From: an uncultured Clostridia bacterium
GTDB lineage: Bacteria; Bacillota; Clostridia; Christensenellales; UBA1242
Assembly: GCA_944349515.1 (NCBI GenBank)
Contig: CALVNE010000005.1
Location: forward strand, 1-49,588
Direction: 5' to 3'
DNA: 49,588 bases
A program made the position numbers and the translations under genes. This document shows, one piece after another, positions 47,085 through 49,588 of the stretch (its first letter is position 1; each line of letters begins with the position of its first letter). The notes beneath the pieces are model-generated. The model searched no databases and was not told the origin of the DNA. It saw only the letters and a program-made list of their open reading frames with translations.

Positions 47085-47433
47085 ATGTAAAAACATTAGG
47101 TTTATTTGTATTTATTAGAAAATATCATCAAATTTTTTCATATATATCAAAAGTCCTCATTAAATTATCTTTGAATTTTAAATTCCAGACCATTATTTTA
47201 TATATTTGTCTAAAAATGTTTGGTGAGTTTTTTAAAAAATGCTATAATGATAAAGATTTTATGCTTGCCACGTGTTTTGCGTCTTGAAATTTTGAATGAC
47301 TAAATTAAGGACCAACCAAAAGTGCTAGCGAATGTGGTTATTGAAAATCTTTGATACATCTTATCAAATATATAGGCGCATTTTATGGCAAGAAATGATA
47401 TTGATTTAAATTGTTTTTTAGAGCGGAGGAAGT

Positions 47434-48975
47434 ATGTTATCTAAGTTGCAGAGTTTTGGTTTGACGGGTATAGACGGGTTTTTGGTGGAAATTGAAACGG
47501 ATATTGTGAGCGGACTTCCTCACATTGACCTTGTGGGCTTAGGCGACACAGCAGTTAAAGAGGCAAAGGAGCGCGTAAAATCGGCGATAAGGAACAGCGC
47601 GTTTGAATATCCTTTAAAGCACTACACCATTAATCTTGCGCCGGCGGATATCAAAAAAGAGGGACCAATTTATGACCTTGGCATTGCTGTTGGCATTCTG
47701 TCCGCTTCAGAGCAGGTGATATTTAAAGATTATAAAGATTACATATTTTTAGGTGAACTATCGCTGGACGGGCGGATAAAAAAGGTGAGAGGTGTCTTGC
47801 CTATGCTCATTTCGGCAAGGGCGCTTGGCTACAACAAGTTTATCATTCCTAAAGAAAACGCCAAAGAGGCTAGTTTCATTTCCAACATCACTTGCTATGC
47901 CTTTGATAACCTAAAAGAGGTTATAGCATTTTTGAATAAGGAAGTGGATAGAGAGGCGTTTAGGGTTAGCGCCATGAGTTTTGAGGAAATAAGCCTTCAA
48001 AACTCCAATAAACTTGATTTTGAAAATGTGAAAGGGCAACAAATGGCAAAGCGCGCTCTTGAAATTGCGGCAGCGGGCGGGCATAACGTGCTTATGATTG
48101 GACCGCCGGGAAGCGGAAAGAGTATGCTTGCCAAGTGCTTTTCGGGGATACTGCCAAATCTCACCTTTGAAGAGGCGTTAGAGGTGACGAAAATTCACTC
48201 CGTCGCGGGCGAACTTGACCTTAAGCAAGGAATAATCACCGAGCGTCCCTTCCGCACTCCTCACCACACTGCAACGGCGATAAGTCTGACGGGTGGTGGT
48301 GTGCATAGCAAGCCGGGCGAAATAAGTTTGGCGCATAACGGCGTGCTTTTCCTTGACGAATTTCCGGAATATTCGCGTCACCTTATTGAAACCTTGCGTC
48401 AGCCGTTAGAGGACGGATACATCACCGTGGCGCGCGCTCAGCAGACGATAACCTATCCCGCTTCTTTCACCCTCATTGCATCCATGAATCCGTGTCCGTG
48501 TGGCAATTATGGCTCTAAGGATAGGGAATGCACCTGTTCTCCGACGCAAATACACAGATATCTTGCCAAACTTTCGGGACCTATCATGGATAGAATTGAC
48601 ATTCATGTGGAGGTGGATAATATCACATACAAGGAACTTAACGACGAAAACAAGGAAGAGCCAACGGCAAAGATAAAGGAACGCGTGGATAAAGCGCGCG
48701 CCGTGCAACTTGAAAGGTTTAAGGGAAGCAAGGTGTTCAGTAACGCCAAAATGAGCGTGCCACAAACGAAGAAGTTCTGCAAACTTTCGCCGGAGTGCCA
48801 AAAACTTATGGAAAGCGCCTTTACCAATTTAAAACTAAGCGCCCGCGCGCACGATAGAATTTTGAAGGTGGCAAGAACGATAGCCGACCTTGCGGGCGAG
48901 GAGGACATTAAGCCAGAACACATCGCCGAGGCGGTTTCTTACCGGGGACTGGATAGGAAATATTTTTCACTATAA
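47434..48975 (+). CDS. comM: ComM/YifB AAA+ ATPase
   Basis: INLAPADIKKEG, GELSLDG, GPPGSGKSM, PGEISLAHNGVLFLDE, NPCPCG, RILKVARTIADL. Confidence 0.93.
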   Translation: MLSKLQSFGLTGIDGFLVEIETDIVSGLPHIDLVGLGDTAVKEAKERVKSAIRNSAFEYPLKHYTINLAPADIKKEGPIYDLGIAVGILSASEQVIFKDYKDYIFLGELSLDGRIKKVRGVLPMLISARALGYNKFIIPKENAKEASFISNITCYAFDNLKEVIAFLNKEVDREAFRVSAMSFEEISLQNSNKLDFENVKGQQMAKRALEIAAAGGHNVLMIGPPGSGKSMLAKCFSGILPNLTFEEALEVTKIHSVAGELDLKQGIITERPFRTPHHTATAISLTGGGVHSKPGEISLAHNGVLFLDEFPEYSRHLIETLRQPLEDGYITVARAQQTITYPASFTLIASMNPCPCGNYGSKDRECTCSPTQIHRYLAKLSGPIMDRIDIHVEVDNITYKELNDENKEEPTAKIKERVDKARAVQLERFKGSKVFSNAKMSVPQTKKFCKLSPECQKLMESAFTNLKLSARAHDRILKVARTIADLAGEEDIKPEHIAEAVSYRGLDRKYFSL

Positions 48976-49165
48976 GGACAGACACCAACTGCGCTTAACG
49001 CCGACACGAAAAGTAAACTTTTCTAACGGCTACTCCGTTGGTTTCTCCGCCTTGTCCTCTTCCCTGTAGGTGATTTTCGATTTCTGCGCACCGGGCAAAG
49101 CCCTTCCCCTCGCAAAATCGAAAATTGATTTAGAATGCGTAAGTTCGGCGTTGAAGAAAAGTGGG
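48975..49165. repeat. ~190-bp structured dispersed repeat, copy B
   Basis: Near-identical to 37603-37796; starts at the comM stop. Confidence 0.85.
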
Positions 49166-49588
49166 TGATTTTAGCATAAGTATATTCCCACTCTAATCAA
49201 AACCTCTTTAAGTCGCGACAAATTGCCAATGAGCGTAGCGAATGCGATTTCGTTTGGTCGCGAGGCAGAGCAAACAAGCGAATGGTAAGACTTTTGGCGA
49301 AAGACAAAAGTTGAAATGAAGCGCAGTTTGTGACGCGGCAGTGAAGGAAAGGCAAAGCCTTTCAGTGAAGGAAAACCTATCGGTTTTCGGTTGTGGTAGA
49401 TTTTAGAGAACAGAAATATAAGCCCTTCCACAAACAAAATTGAAAATTGATTTAGAGTGCGTAAGCGAGGCGTTGAAAGGAAGTGGGTGATTTTAGCATA
49501 AGTATATTCCCACTCTAATCAAAACCTCTTTAAGTCGCGACAAATCGCCAATGAGCGTAGCGAATGCGATTTCGTTTGGTCGCGAGGC
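49114..49588. repeat. Direct repeat of ~150 bp with 322-bp period, cut by the window end
   Basis: 49114-49266 recurs at 49436-49588 (GTGGGTGATTTTAGCATAAG...GGTCGCGAGGC). Confidence 0.85.

Noticed and set aside
32393-48975. recN, ruvCAB and comM as a recipient module for the GTA-like operon
   Set aside because: Ordinary core genes over 20 kb away; no direct evidence of linkage.
48975-49588. CRISPR array
   Set aside because: Repeat units are 150-190 bp, with no regular 25-45 bp repeat-spacer pattern and no cas genes.

Overview
Core-chromosome segment of a low-GC, probably spore-forming Clostridia-type Firmicute (spoVAC, YkvI-like gene, sporulation-sigma-like promoters, T-box, L20 leader). Most of it is housekeeping: polA, ruvX, pheST, iscS-thiI, argR-recN, ruvCAB, queA-tgt, tig-clpP-clpX, infC-rpmI-rplT, yebC and comM. 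The main finding is a compact, intact podovirus-like virion-structure operon at 3676-11167 (TerS-like, Zn-finger, portal, scaffold, major capsid, adaptor, nozzle, two holins). No large terminase, integrase, repressor, replication gene, endolysin or att site is visible. It sits among host genes and is a candidate domesticated, GTA-like particle. Other notable items: an orphan structured sRNA with its own promoter and terminator (15796-15962), a rare tRNA-Leu(AAG), an unannotated 49-aa K-x-C repeat peptide, a dispersed element made of paired NrdR-like boxes, a standalone AT-rich JAB/MPN gene, covarying structured repeats, and several apparently leaderless genes. All calls come from motif recognition by eye; no database search was run.
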